NCBI GenBank assembly: GCA_002269645.1
Contig: NIVC01003606.1
Span: 24,453-88,452, forward strand
Source of the DNA: Macrostomum lignano
Taxonomy: Eukaryota
Direction of reading: 5' to 3'
Length of the DNA: 64,000 nt
Part shown: positions 11,776-31,700 of the stretch, one piece after another
Layout of the letters: each line of letters opens with the position of its first letter
How positions within the stretch are numbered: the stretch's first letter is position 1
Notes under the pieces: model-generated
What the model was told of the DNA's origin: nothing
What the model saw: only the letters and a program-made list of their open reading frames with translations
Database searches by the model: none
Program-made: the position numbers and the translations under genes

Positions 11776-12661
11776 CACGCGGGGATGATGGAGAATCTCA
11801 GCCGACTAAAGTAACAAAGGAAAATATCAAACTGGTTAATTTTATTGGAACAATGTGAGCGTAGTTTGCTCTGCCGTCGGCTGGTGGAGAGGCGGCAGCG
11901 GGGAGAGAAATGAAGGGAGCAGTGAGTGAGAGAGAGGAGAGCCTGGGGTTTCCAAGGCTGTGGCGGGATCGATCTGGGGAAGAAAACCAGAGGAGGATTG
12001 AATTTGAAAGGAGAAAAGTAGAGAGAGGGGAGCTAGGGCGAGCGTAGAGGTGGCTCACAAATAAATATTTATTTTCACTGAGAGAGAGAGAGGAGCGGGG
12101 AGAGGGGGCCTGTGGGGACACTGACTGAGGGGTCGTGGTTCGCACTGGGGTTAGAAGAGATTTCGGCGGAGGCGAGTAGGGCAAAGGAGAGGGTAGGGGA
12201 TGTTGCAGCCTCCCCCTGCCTGGCGGAGAGACAGAGAGAGAGAGCAGGAATCGCAGTGGGGAAGGCAGGTTTCCCGATCAGTGGAGGGGATCTCTGGAGA
12301 GGGACAACTTCGGTCTGAACAGGCTGGAGCGGTTGGGAAGGTCCTATGCGATTTTGGAACACCCGTGGCGGTCCCCATGTGCAGGGGGAGGGACGGGAAG
12401 AGGATTCGCTGGCCAGCGGTTGGCTGCTGGTGGGAGAGGCAGTGCAAAACTCGATAGATAAAGCGTCACTTTACAGCGCCTCCCTCTCGCCCTCGCCCAC
12501 ACAGGCGAAATGCTGTGGGTGGTCGCGGTGGCAATGCAAGCGAGTCTTAGTGCGTCATCAGCTTGACACCTTGCTTAATAAAGAGCAGTTGAAGAGCAGC
12601 GCGAAAAACAAAAACAATTCATTCACTGCTGAGAGAAACAGAGAGGGAACAGACGAATAGG

Positions 12662-13340
12662 ATAGAGTGGCAGAGAGTCGTAGAGAGTGGCAGAACTCGG
12701 AGAGTGGCAGGACTCGGAGAGTGGCAGAACTCAGAGAGTGGCAGAACTCAGAGAGTGGCAGAACTCGGAGAGTGGCAGAGAGTCGTAGAGAGTGGCAGAA
12801 CTCGGAGAGTGGCAGAACTCAGAGAGTTGTAGAGAGCGACAGAGTGACAAAATATCAGAGAGCGGCAGAGAGTGGCAGGGAGTGGTAGAGAGCGGCAAAG
12901 AGTGGCAGAGAGTGGTAGAGAGTGGCAGAGAGCGGCAGAGAGTGGCAGAGAGTGGTAGAGAGTGGCAGAGAGCGGCAGAGAGTGGCAGAGAGTGGCAGAG
13001 AGCGGCAGAGAGTGGCAGAGAGTGGCAGAGAGCGGCAGAGAGCGGCAGAGAGTGGCAGAGAGTGGCAGAGAGCGGCAGAGAGTGGCAGAGAGCGGCAGAG
13101 AGTGGCAGAGAGTGGTAGAGAGTGGTAGAGAGTGGCAGAGAGTGGCAGAGAGCGGCAGAGAGTGGCAGAGAGTGGTAGAGAGCGGCAGAGAGTGGCAGAG
13201 AGTGGTAGAGAGTGGCGAAGAGTGGCAGAGAGTGGCAGAGAGTGGCAGAGAGTGGCAGAGAGTGGTAGAGAGCGGCAGAGAGTGGCAGAGAGTGGTAGAG
13301 AGCGGCAGAGAGTGGCAGAGAGTGGTAGAGAGTGGCACAG
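12662..13340. repeat. 10-bp minisatellite (AGAGTGGCAG)n, intergenic
   Basis: Units AGAGTGGCAG/AGAGCGGCAG/AGAGTGGTAG. Confidence 0.96.
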
Positions 13341-13899
13341 CGCATCACTCTGAAACGAGAAGGGCAGGAGGCTCAGAGGATAAATTTGAGTCAGATTGGC
13401 ACAGCGAGCTCCGGAGACGCAAGTCCAACCGTTTCCAAAATTGGTATGAAATTCCAGTTTGTCCAATTATCTCAACTGACTCAGGGTCGCATCTGTCGAT
13501 GCATGTTGAGCGCAATTTTCCCCAGTTGAACATGAGCAGACCGGGCCGGGGCTGCTGTCGAACAGGTGTCCCCAGCTCTCTGTAATTATCTGGGTCTCTG
13601 AGCCTTCCTCCTCCAGGCCTTTCTTTATGGAAGCGCCTCAATTAAGCGGAGTCATTTTCTGCAATTTTTCTAGAATTTTCCGAGAATTTCACTTCCATCT
13701 TTGTTAAAAATTCGAAGGATTGCCCTAGCACTGGGGGAGTTGACGCTGAGGGTGGAGCAAGGCGTGAGCTTAGAAAGCTAAGAGCTGAAAAAGAGAGGAT
13801 GCTGCGGGGTTTGATGAACTGTCAAAAGTCTTTACAGACAAGACAGCTGCGTCAGGAGCTGCTGCTGCTTCTGTCTTTCTTTCCTTCCGCACCGTGTCA

Positions 13900-14388
<489 letters not shown>

Positions 14389-14844
14389 CCCTTAGAGTCC
14401 TTTCAAGAAATCTTATCCCTCAGAGTAGTGGAGATCTAACCTTTTAAACGTGACATTGATATTAACAAATAAATGGTAGTCAAACAAAATGATTCAAAAA
14501 AATCCATTCAGAAACAACGAAAATTCACTGATATCGTATATATTGACTTTTACAGTTTTTTAAAGCTGATAGTAAAGGACTTTAGCTCATAGCCTGCGTA
14601 TGCACAAGAAAGTTCCTTGACAATTTTACCAAAACGCGGACAAAAACCGATAGAAAACTAAGCAAGGCGCTGTGAAGACAGACAGACAGTGGCAGATTTT
14701 CTTATGCATTTTTGCTCTATCTAGACACAAAACAGATTTAATGCGATGACGCAAGAGCAATTAGCAAACCGGATGTTGCTTACGGCTATTATGAACAGAT
14801 TGCATGATCAGACTGACGGAAAAAAGCAATGCTGATTTATTTGG

Positions 14845-16580
14845 GTGTGACTCACTAACTTTGGGAGTAACTCACAAAGTTTGAAAGTGACTCACCAAGT
14901 TTGAGAGTGACTCACCAAGTTTGAGAGTGACTCACCCAGTTTGAGAGTGACTCACCCAGTTTGAGAGTGACTCACCCAGTTTGAGAGTGACTCACCCAGT
15001 TTGAGAGTGACTCACCCAGTTTGAGAGTGACTCACCCAGTTTGAGAGTGACTCACCCAGTTTGAGAGTGACTCACCAAGTTTGAGAGTGACTCACCCAGT
15101 TTGAGAGTGACTCACCCAGTTTGGGAGTGACTCACCCAGTTTGAGAGTGACTCACTAAGTTTGGGAGTGACTCACTAAGTTTGAGAGTGACTGACCCAGT
15201 TTGAGAGTGACTCACCTAGTTTGAGAGTGACTCACTAAGTTTGGGAGTGACTCACCCAGTTTGAGAGTGACTCACCCAGTTTGAGAGTGACTCACCCAGT
15301 TTGAGAGTGACTCACCCAGTTTGAGAGTGACTCACTAAGTTTGAGAGTGACTCACCCAGTTTGAGAGTGACTCACCAAGTTTGAGAGTGACTCACCCAGT
15401 TTGAGAGTGACTCACCCAGTTTGGGAGTGACTCACCCAGTTTGAGAGTGACTCACTAAGTTTGAGAGTGACTCACCCAGTTTGAGAGTGACTCACCCAGT
15501 TTGAGAGTGACTCACCCAGTTTGAGAGTGACTCACCTAGTTTGGGAGTGACTCACTAAGTTTGGGAGTGACTCACCCAGTTTGAGAGTGACTCACCAAGT
15601 TTGAGAGTGACTCACCCAGTTTGAGAGTGACTCACCAAGTTTGAGAGTGACTCACTAAGTTTGAGAGTGACTCACCCAGTTTGAGAGTGACTCACCCAGT
15701 TTGAGAGTGACTCACCCAGTTTGAGAGTGACTCACCCAGTTTGAGAGTGACTCACTAAGTTTGGGAGTGACTCACTAAGTTTGAGAGTGACTCACCCAGT
15801 TTGAGAGTGACTCACCTAGTTTGAGAGTGACTCACTAAGTTTGGGAGTGACTCACCCAGTTTGAGAGTGACTCACCCAGTTTGAGAGTGACTCACCCAGT
15901 TTGAGAGTGACTCACCCAGTTTGAGAGTGACTCACCAAGTTTGAGAGTGACTCACCCAGTTTGAGAGTGACTCACCAAGTTTGAGAGTGACTCACCCAGT
16001 TTGAGAGTGACTCACCCAGTTTGGGAGTGACTCACCCAGTTTGAGAGTGACTCACTAAGTTTGAGAGTGACTCACCCAGTTTGAGAGTGACTCACCCAGT
16101 TTGAGAGTGACTCACCCATTTTGAGAGTGACTCACCTAGTTTGGGAGTGACTCACTAAGTTTGGGAGTGACTCACCCAGTTTGAGAGTGACTCACCAAGT
16201 TTGAGAGTGACTCACCCAGTTTGAGAGTGACTCACCAAGTTTGAGAGTGACTCACCCAGTTTGAGAGTGACTCACCCAGTTTGAGAGTGACTCACCCAGT
16301 TTGGGAGTGACTCACCAAGTTTGAGAGTGACTCACCCAGTTTGAGAGTGACTCACTAAGTTTGAAAGTGACTCACCAAGTTTGAGAGTGACTCATAAAGT
16401 TTCAGAGTGACTCACTAAGTTTGGGAGTAACTCACAAAGTTAGAAAGTGACTCACCAAGTTTGAGAGTGACTCACCAAGTTTGAGAGTGACTCACCCAGT
16501 TTGAGAGTGACTCACCCAGTTTGAGAGTGACTCACCCAGTTTGAGAATGACTCACTAAGCTTGAGAGTGACTCATTCTCA
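14845..16580. repeat. 20-bp minisatellite (GAGTGACTCACCCAGTTTGA)n, intergenic
   Basis: About 85 units; nearly all contain TGACTCA. Confidence 0.98.
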
Positions 16581-17083
16581 GCAGAGTGACCCACTTGATT
16601 TGCCAGAGTAAATTTTAGTGACTCATTGTATCTGTGACCAAATACAAGTTAACAGTGCCAGATAAAGTAAAATGGCAATTTTAAGAAGGAGTAATTAAAA
16701 ATTTTAAAGCGGGTCAGTCGACATTGAAAGTAAAGTAAAGCTGCTGACAGAAAATAGTTGCATCATCTGAAGTTGCAGAAGATCAAAGTGACAAAAGATA
16801 AAGTTGTCGCCACAATTTTGACAAAAATTTCTAAGAAATAGAAAAAAACATTCTCTTGTGATTGACCTGTCTTTCATCGCATCGGATCTACAGACTCGGG
16901 AGTAATGTGAAAAAATTCAAGACTCGTATAGATACACAGAAGTAGTCACTGGATAATTTCTGTTTAACGAGGAAAATATTTTAAATAAATAAGTTCCGTG
17001 CGATTGTGGCATTGACAGGATATTTTAGATATTGCAATTTTTTCAGACAGAAAAAAATAACAAACGACAGACAATAAAGTTAT

Positions 17084-17089
17084 TTTATT
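17084..17089 (-). promoter_or_regulatory. Candidate polyadenylation signal (AATAAA) for the TRAF gene
   Basis: TTTATT on the plus strand, about 625 nt beyond the TRAF stop. Confidence 0.35.
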
Positions 17090-17164
17090 AATAGATTTGT
17101 TATAAGCCATGCCATGCTTTGCGTCAGCTCATCTGCCACATCTCTTAAAGAGCTCAGAAATACC

Positions 17165-17605
17165 CAGCTAGATATGCGACTTCTAGAGCTAGATATAGTC
17201 TACTTCTAGAGCTAGATATAGTCTACTTCTAGAGCTAGATATAGTCTACTTCTAGAGCTAGATATAGTCTACTTCTAGAGCTAGATATAGTCTACTTCTA
17301 GAGCTAGATATAGTCTACTTCTACAGCTAGATATACCACTTCTAGAGCTAGAAATAGTCTACTTCTAGAGCTAGATATAGTCTACTTCTAGAGCTAGAAA
17401 TAGTCTACTTCTAGAGCTAGATATAGTCTACTTCTAGAGCTAGATATACGACTTCTAGAGCTAGAAATAGTCTACTTCTAGAGCTAGATATAGTCTACTT
17501 CTAGAGCTAGATATAGTCTACTTCTAGAGCTAGATATAGTCTACTTCTAGAGATAGAAATAGTCTACTTCTAGAGCTAGATATAGTCTACTTCTAGAGCT
17601 AGATT
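17165..17605. repeat. 23-bp minisatellite (TCTAGAGCTAGATATAGTCTACT)n
   Basis: About 18 units just downstream of the TRAF stop codon. Confidence 0.96.
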
Positions 17606-17712
17606 TCTTCTCCAATATGACCGCAACTTCAAGAGAAAACAGTCGCTTAAAACAGAATTTTTTTGCTTCGATCTGTCCTCGTCACTCTACTTCATTTCGC
17701 AAGCCTCCCAGC

Positions 17713-24862
<7,150 letters not shown>

Positions 24863-25186
24863 GGCGTCTTCGCTGTTCAGAAACTATCAGTGCTTCGTTC
24901 TCGAGCTCGAGTTAACTGGATTTAGCCGGAGTGACCGCGCTAAGCCAAGACTGCTCTGCCGCCTCTGATATTGCCAGCTTTCTCTTCCTGCATCGCCACT
25001 CCTCAATCCCTGGCCCAGTGAGCAGCCCTCAGCTCTGCGATCCCCCGTCCCTCCGCCCTCCACCCCATTATTCTCCCGTTTGTCCCAGCGCCACTCGCAA
25101 TTTCGTTCCTCGCCCGGTCTCCAGTGCAGAGCCTCAGCTTCGCCGCCCACCCCAAACTAACGCGCCTACCCACGCCAAGCAGAGTG

Positions 25187-25200
25187 GTTACCATGACAAC
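25187..25200. promoter_or_regulatory. RFX X-box-like motif GTTACCATGACAAC upstream of TRAF
   Basis: One mismatch to GTTNCCATGGNAAC; about 325 bp 5' of the TRAF ATG. Confidence 0.45.
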
Positions 25201-26174
25201 CGAGGCCGCGCACGAAATCAGCAGGCTCTGCCCGGTTGCCAACCAAAAAGTCCTCACTCAAAAAAGCTTGTACCGGGCTAGGCTTTCCTCCGCAGACTGC
25301 AGCCCCCCCCCCCCCCTACAAGACCCGCCAGCTGCCCTCGCCCCATCGTGTGGGTGAGCAGGAACAGCTGAAATAGAGGAACTGCCTATCACCATCTGTT
25401 GATCAAGTCAGTTATGCATTTAATTCCCATCAGTTCTGACTTGTGGAAGCCGACGGCTCCCATCCTGTCCCCACCCACCGGTTGTGCGTGACGCTCAATC
25501 TAGTGCCTGAGCCAGCGGACCGCATTGTTTCATGACCAGCAGCAGCAGCCACTTAGATATAGTGTTTTATCCCAGCTATCTGTTGTACTACACCACCTGT
25601 CCTCATCTATCCGACCTCGCTATCCTCATGAGCTCTTCCTCATGCATGCCGGGAGCAGTTTTTAAACTGTACACTCCCAATTCTTACTCTGCTCAAACAG
25701 AGCCTTCTTTCTCCTCCTATTGCTTCGATTTTTGGGATAATAAAAAGGGCAGAATGGGAGACGGACGAGCCGGCACCTCACCCCATGGTTTCCTGTTTAT
25801 CCTGCAGCCCAGTCATCCCCCGCAGGCTGCAGTAGCGTGCTGAATTTTTTAGTTTTCTTACTACGAGTACAATGATTTGTCCCGGCAATTGGCCTGACGC
25901 CAGGTCTCCCAGTGACGGTCTGATGCTCGTCAGCGGTTTTGTTTGCTACAAGCTTATCTAGCCTAGACCTTCCTCTGAAGTTAGTGACGATACTAGCAAT
26001 TTTAGCACATTTTCTTAAGAACCAATTTCTTCTTAAGTTTAAAAAATTTAAATTAAAAAATTCATTTTAAGAATGAACCTTTTTCAAAGTAAAATTGTCG
26101 CAGACAAATATGTTTACTATGAATCTCTTTTTTTCTAAAATTAACAAAGACGACAAAATAAAGCTTTCACAAAG

Positions 26175-27550
26175 ATAACAGACATCCCCCCTAAATAGAA
26201 AACATCCCCCAGATAGCAAGCGATTCCCAGATAGCAAGCATCCCCCAGATAGCAAGCATCCTGCAGATAGCAAGCATCCCTCAGATAGCAAGCATCTCCC
26301 AGATAGCAAGCATCCCCCAGATAGCAAGCACCCCCCAGATAGCAAGCATCCCCCAGATAGCAAGCATCCCCCAGATAGCAAGCATCCCGCAGATAGCAAG
26401 CATCCCCCAGATAGCAAGCATCCCCCAGATAGCAAGCATCCCCCAGATAGCAAGCATCCTGCAGATAGCAAGCACCCCCCAGATAGCAAGCATCCCTCAG
26501 ATAGCAAGCATCCCCCAGATAGCAAGCATCTCCCAGATAGCAAGCATCCCTCAGATAGCAAGCATCTTCCAGATAGCAAGCATCCCACAGAGGGGGGCCG
26601 TAGCCCAGCGGTAGCGCAGCTGCTCTGGTGTGCCGCGACCCAGGCTCGATTCCAAGTGCAGTCACATTAATTTGGGGCTGGATTGGAATCTTGGCTTGGC
26701 TCGCTTGTGCAATTAACGGCCTTGAGAGTCAACCCCCCCCCCCAAGGCGCAGTGAAGTGTACATGCCTAACAATTGATAAAGTTAGGGCCGCTGTACACT
26801 CCTGTGTGAGTGTGTGCCTGCGTAACGTATCCGCGCGCTTGTATGCCTGCTCAGGGGAGTCGGCGGAATGGGCAGTTAATGCCTCTCGCCGGTTGTGTGC
26901 CAATGACGCTTAAATTGCGACAGGGTGCACACAACCTCCCTGCCTCTAAAAAAAATAAAAAAAGCATCCCCCAGATAGCAAGCACCCCCCAGATAGCAAG
27001 CATCCCCCAGATAGCAAGCATCCCCCAGATAGCAAGCATCCCCCAGATAGCAAGCATCCCCCAGATAGCAAGCACCCCCCAGATAGCAAGCATCCCCCAG
27101 ATAGCAAGCATCCCCCAGATAGCAAGTACCCCCAGATAGCAAGCATCTCCCAGATAGCAAGCATCCCTCAGATAGCAAGCATCCCCCAGATAGCAAGCAC
27201 CCCCAGATAGCAAGCATCCTGCAGATAGCAAGCATCCCCCAGATAGCAAGCACCCCCCAGATAGCAAGCATCCCCCAGATAGCAAGCATCCCCCAGATAG
27301 CAAGCATCCCCCAGATAGCAAGCATCCCCCAGATAGCAAGCATCCTGCAGATAGCAAACATCCCCCAGATAGCAAGCATCCCTCAGATAGCAAGCATCCC
27401 CCAGATAGCAAGCATCCTGCAGATAGCAAACATCCCCCAGATAGCAAGCATCCCTCAGATAGCAAGCATCCCCCAGATAGCAAGCATCCTGCAGATAGCA
27501 AACATCCCCCAGATAGCAAGCATCCCTCAGAGAGCAAGCATCTCCCCGAT
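26175..27550. repeat. 18-bp minisatellite (AGATAGCAAGCATCCCCC)n interrupted by a SINE
   Basis: Arrays at 26175-26590 and 26960-27550. Confidence 0.97.
26592..26963 (+). mobile_element. tRNA-derived SINE, second full-length copy, inserted in the minisatellite
   Basis: Same head, body and poly(A) as 22462-22821; AAGCATCCC on both sides (possible TSD, ambiguous inside a repeat). Confidence 0.88.
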
Positions 27551-27855
27551 AGTCTGCCCAATCCGCTGACTCGTGAGCACATACGAGCATACAAGCGCCA
27601 ATACTGTACGCTGACACGCACACGCTCACACAGGGTGTACACAGCGGCTCTGACTGTCTAATCGTCAGGCATGTACACTCTCCGTGCCTTAGGGAGGGGG
27701 GTTGGCCCTCATGAGTGTACATTGCACTACATCCCCCTCCCCGCCCAATATTCGTGCACACCAGCCCCAAATGAATGCGTTTGCACGCGGAATCGAACCA
27801 GGGGTCCTGTGACGCGATGAGTCTGCCGCGTTAATCTCTGAGCTGCTCTGCTCCC
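27550..27855 (-). mobile_element. SINE of a second family: different tRNA-like head, shared core
   Basis: Minus strand GGGAGCAGAGCAGCTCAGAG..GGTTCGATTCC, then GAGGGCCAACCCC..GTGTACATGCCT..GCCGCTGTACAC as in the other SINEs. Confidence 0.75.
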
Positions 27856-28381
27856 AGTAGCTCTGCTAAAAGCTTCTGTTATGCCAGTGCTCGCGCAGGA
27901 GCAAAACTGCGGAAACTTTACTGCTTTTGCTATTGCTAATGGCCTGGCTTTGTCAGGGAGAGAGGGAGACGCGCGTAGAGACAGAGATGCAATACAGATG
28001 ATGCGATCGCAGATGCTGTCAGGGCTTCTGAATTTCCGGCCTTAACAACGCGCTTTCAGAATTTTATAGACCCAGCCGCCGATGCAGCATTGGGTGAGAG
28101 TCTGCGGGAGAGATGGAGAGAAAGAGGTTGATGCCGTGTGGGCCAGCATCTGCTGCTATCCGCTAGGCACCAAGTCCGTTGTTTATCGCGGCTGAGACCG
28201 CTGGCCTGCAAATATTTGCCTTGTATGGAAATGCGCTAGGAAAGACGCGAAGAGAGAAAGTTGCAAAAGCAAACAGGTCGATTTAGACTGCAACAGCTTG
28301 GCAACTGGCATCGGCGACGGGGCCCAACACGGACAGCTTGACGGCTTAGCAAATCTAAAAAATTAAAGAAGTGGAATTGCG

Positions 28382-28528
28382 ATGCACTGCAGCAGCTGGG
28401 CGGCTCTGCTGCGGATGGTCGGCTGCTGCATCTGCCTGCCTCTGCTCACCAGCTGTGCCGACTACTCTTGTGAGTTTCTGTTGGTCTGCGTGTCTGTCTG
28501 TCCGTCTGTCTGTCTGCCTGTTCTGTCT

Positions 28529-28591
<63 letters not shown>

Positions 28592-28642
28592 TAGTGTCTG
28601 TCTGTCTGTCTATCTGTTTGTCTGTCTGTCTGTCCGTCTTAG

Positions 28643-28704
<62 letters not shown>

Positions 28705-31700
28705 CCTGTCCTGTCTGTCTGTCTGTCTGTGGGCCTGTCTGCTAGTGCCTGTTTCCATGGTAACAAGCTAAGCTCCGCTCACCCGCAGACTCCAGCAGTC
28801 GCTATGTCAAACTACCTCTAGCCGCGCTGAGACAGCAACCATGGCAAAGTTTAAATGCAGATGAAAGCATTAAAAGCGTAAGCGGCACTCTCTGCCGACA
28901 CTTTGCAGCCACATCACATCGCAGTCAAAGTGCTTTATACTTTTTTCTCATGGTAGTTCTACCGTCGGACTGGCAGCTGAACGATGTGCAGATCAAGAGT
29001 GAGTGCACACTGTCTTCTGCGCCCTTTATTCCTAGAGCCGTCTCACTCCCTCCCAATAGGCACCCCTCATTCCTTCAGCCTCCTCACTCCCCCCAAATGG
29101 ACACCCCTCATTCCTACAGCCTCACTCCCCCCAAATGGACACCCCTCATTCCTACAGCCTCCTCACTCCCCCCAAATAGACGCCCCTCATTCCTACAGCC
29201 TCCTCACTCCCCTCAAATAGACGCCCCTCATTCCTACAGCCTCCTCACTCCCCCCAAATAGGCACCCCTCATTCCTACAGCCTCCTCACTCCCCCCAAAT
29301 GGACACCCCTCATTCCTACAGCCTCACTCCCCGCAAATGGACACCCCTCATTCCTACAGCCTCCTCACTCCCCCCAAATGGACACCCCTCATTCCTACAG
29401 CCTCCTCACTCCCCCCAAATAGACGCCCCTCATTCCTACAGCCTCCTCACTCCCCCAAATGGACACCCCTCATTCCTACAGCCTCCTCACTCCCCCCAAA
29501 TAGGCACCCCTTATTCCTACAGCCTCCTCACTCCCCCAAATGGACACCCCTCATTCCTACAGCCTCACTCCCCGCAAATGGACACCCCTCATTCCTACAG
29601 CCTCCTCACTCCCCCCAAATGGACACCCCTCATTCCTACAGCCTCCTCACTCCCCCCCAATAGACGCCCCTCATTCCTACAGCCTCACTCCCCCCAAATG
29701 GACACCCCTCATTCCTACAGCCTCACTCCCCGCAAATGGACACCCCTCATTCCTACAGCCTCCTCACTCCCCCCAAATAGACGCCCCTCATTCCTACAGC
29801 CTCCTCACTCCCCCCAAATGGACACCCCTCATTCCTACAGCCTCCTCACTCCCCCCAAATGGATACCCCTCATTCCTACAGCCTCACTCCCCGCAAATGG
29901 ACACCCCTCATTCCTACAGCCTCCTCACTCCCCCCAAATGGACACCCCTCATTCCTACAGCCTCCTCACTCCCCCCAAATAGACGCCCCTCATTCCTACA
30001 GCCTCACTCCCCCCAAATGGACACCCCTCATTCCTACAGCCTCCTCACTCCCCCAAATGGACACCCCTCATTCCTACAGCCTCCTCACTCCCCCCAATAG
30101 ACGCCCCTCATTCCTACAGCCTCACTCCCCCAAATGGACACCCCTCATTCCTACAGCCTCACTCCCCGCAAATGGACACCCCTCATTCCTACAGCCTCCT
30201 CACTCCCCCCAAATGGACACCCCTCATTCCTACAGCCTCACTCCCCCCAAATGGACACCCCTCATTGGACACCCCTCATTCCTACAGCCTCCTCACTCCC
30301 CCCAAATAGACGCCCATCATTCCTACAGCCTCCTCACTCCCCTCAAATAGACGCCCCTCATTCCTACAGCCTCCTCACTCCCCCCAAATAGGCACCCCTC
30401 ATTCCTACAGCCTCCTCACTCCCCCCAAATGGACACCCCTCATTCCTACAGCCTCACTCCCCGCAAATGGACACCCCTCATTCCTACAGCCTCCTCACTC
30501 CCCCCAAAATGGACACCCCTCATTCCTGCAGCCTCCTCACTCCCCCCAAATAGACGCCCCTCATTCCTACAGCCTCCTCACTCCACCCAAATGGACACCC
30601 CTCATTCCTACAGCCTCCTCACTCCCCCCAAATAGACGCCCCTCATTCCTACAGCCTCCTCACTCCCCCCAAATGGACACCCCTCATTCCTACAGCCTCC
30701 TCACTCCCCCCAAATGGACACCCCTCATTCCTACAGCCTCACTCCCCCAAATGGACACCCCTCATTCCTACAGCCTCCTCACTCCCCCCAAATAGACGCC
30801 CCTCATTCCTACAGCCTCCTCACTCCCCTCAAATAGACGCCCCTCATTCCTACAGCCTCCTCACTCCCCCCAAATAGGCACCCCTCATTCCTACAGCCTC
30901 CTCACTCCCCCCAAATGGACACCCCTCATTCCTACAGCCTCACTCCCCGCAAATGGACACCCCTCATTCCTACAGCCTCCTCACTCCCCCCAAATGGACA
31001 CCCCTCATTCCTACAGCCTCCTCACTCCCCCCAAATAGACGCCCCTCATTCCTACAGCCTCCTCACTCCCCCCAAATGGACACCCCTCATTCCTACAGCC
31101 TCCTCACTCCCCCCAAATAGGCACCCCTTATTCCTACAGCCTCCTCACTCCCCCCAAATGGACACCCCTCATTCCTACAGCCTCACTCCCCGCAAATGGA
31201 CACCCCTCATTCCTACAGCCTCCTCACTCCCCCCAAATGGACACCCCTCATTCCTACAGCCTCCTCACTCCCCCCCCCCCAATAGACGCCCCTCATTCCT
31301 ACAGCCTCACTCCCCCCAAATGGACACCCCTCATTCCTACAGCCTCACTCCCCGCAAATGGACACCCCTCATTCCTACAGCCTCCTCACTCCCCCCCCAA
31401 ATAGACGCCCCTCATTCCTACAGCCTCCTCACTCCCCCCAAATGGACACCCCTCATTCCTACAGCCTCCTCACTCCCCCCAAATAGACGCCCCTCATTCC
31501 TACAGCCTCCTCACTCCCCCAAATGGACACCCCTCATTCCTACAGCCTCCTCACTCCCCCCAAATAGGCACCCCTTATTCCTACAGCCTCCTCACTCCCC
31601 CAAAATGGACACCCCTCATTCCTACAGCCTCACTCCCCGCAAATGGACACCCCTCATTCCTACAGCCTCCTCACTCCCCCAAATGGACACCCCTCATTCC

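Noticed and set aside
26067-27770. Cys/Leu/Gly repeat ORFs (GCLLSG, DACYLG)
   Set aside because: Translations of the 18-bp minisatellite
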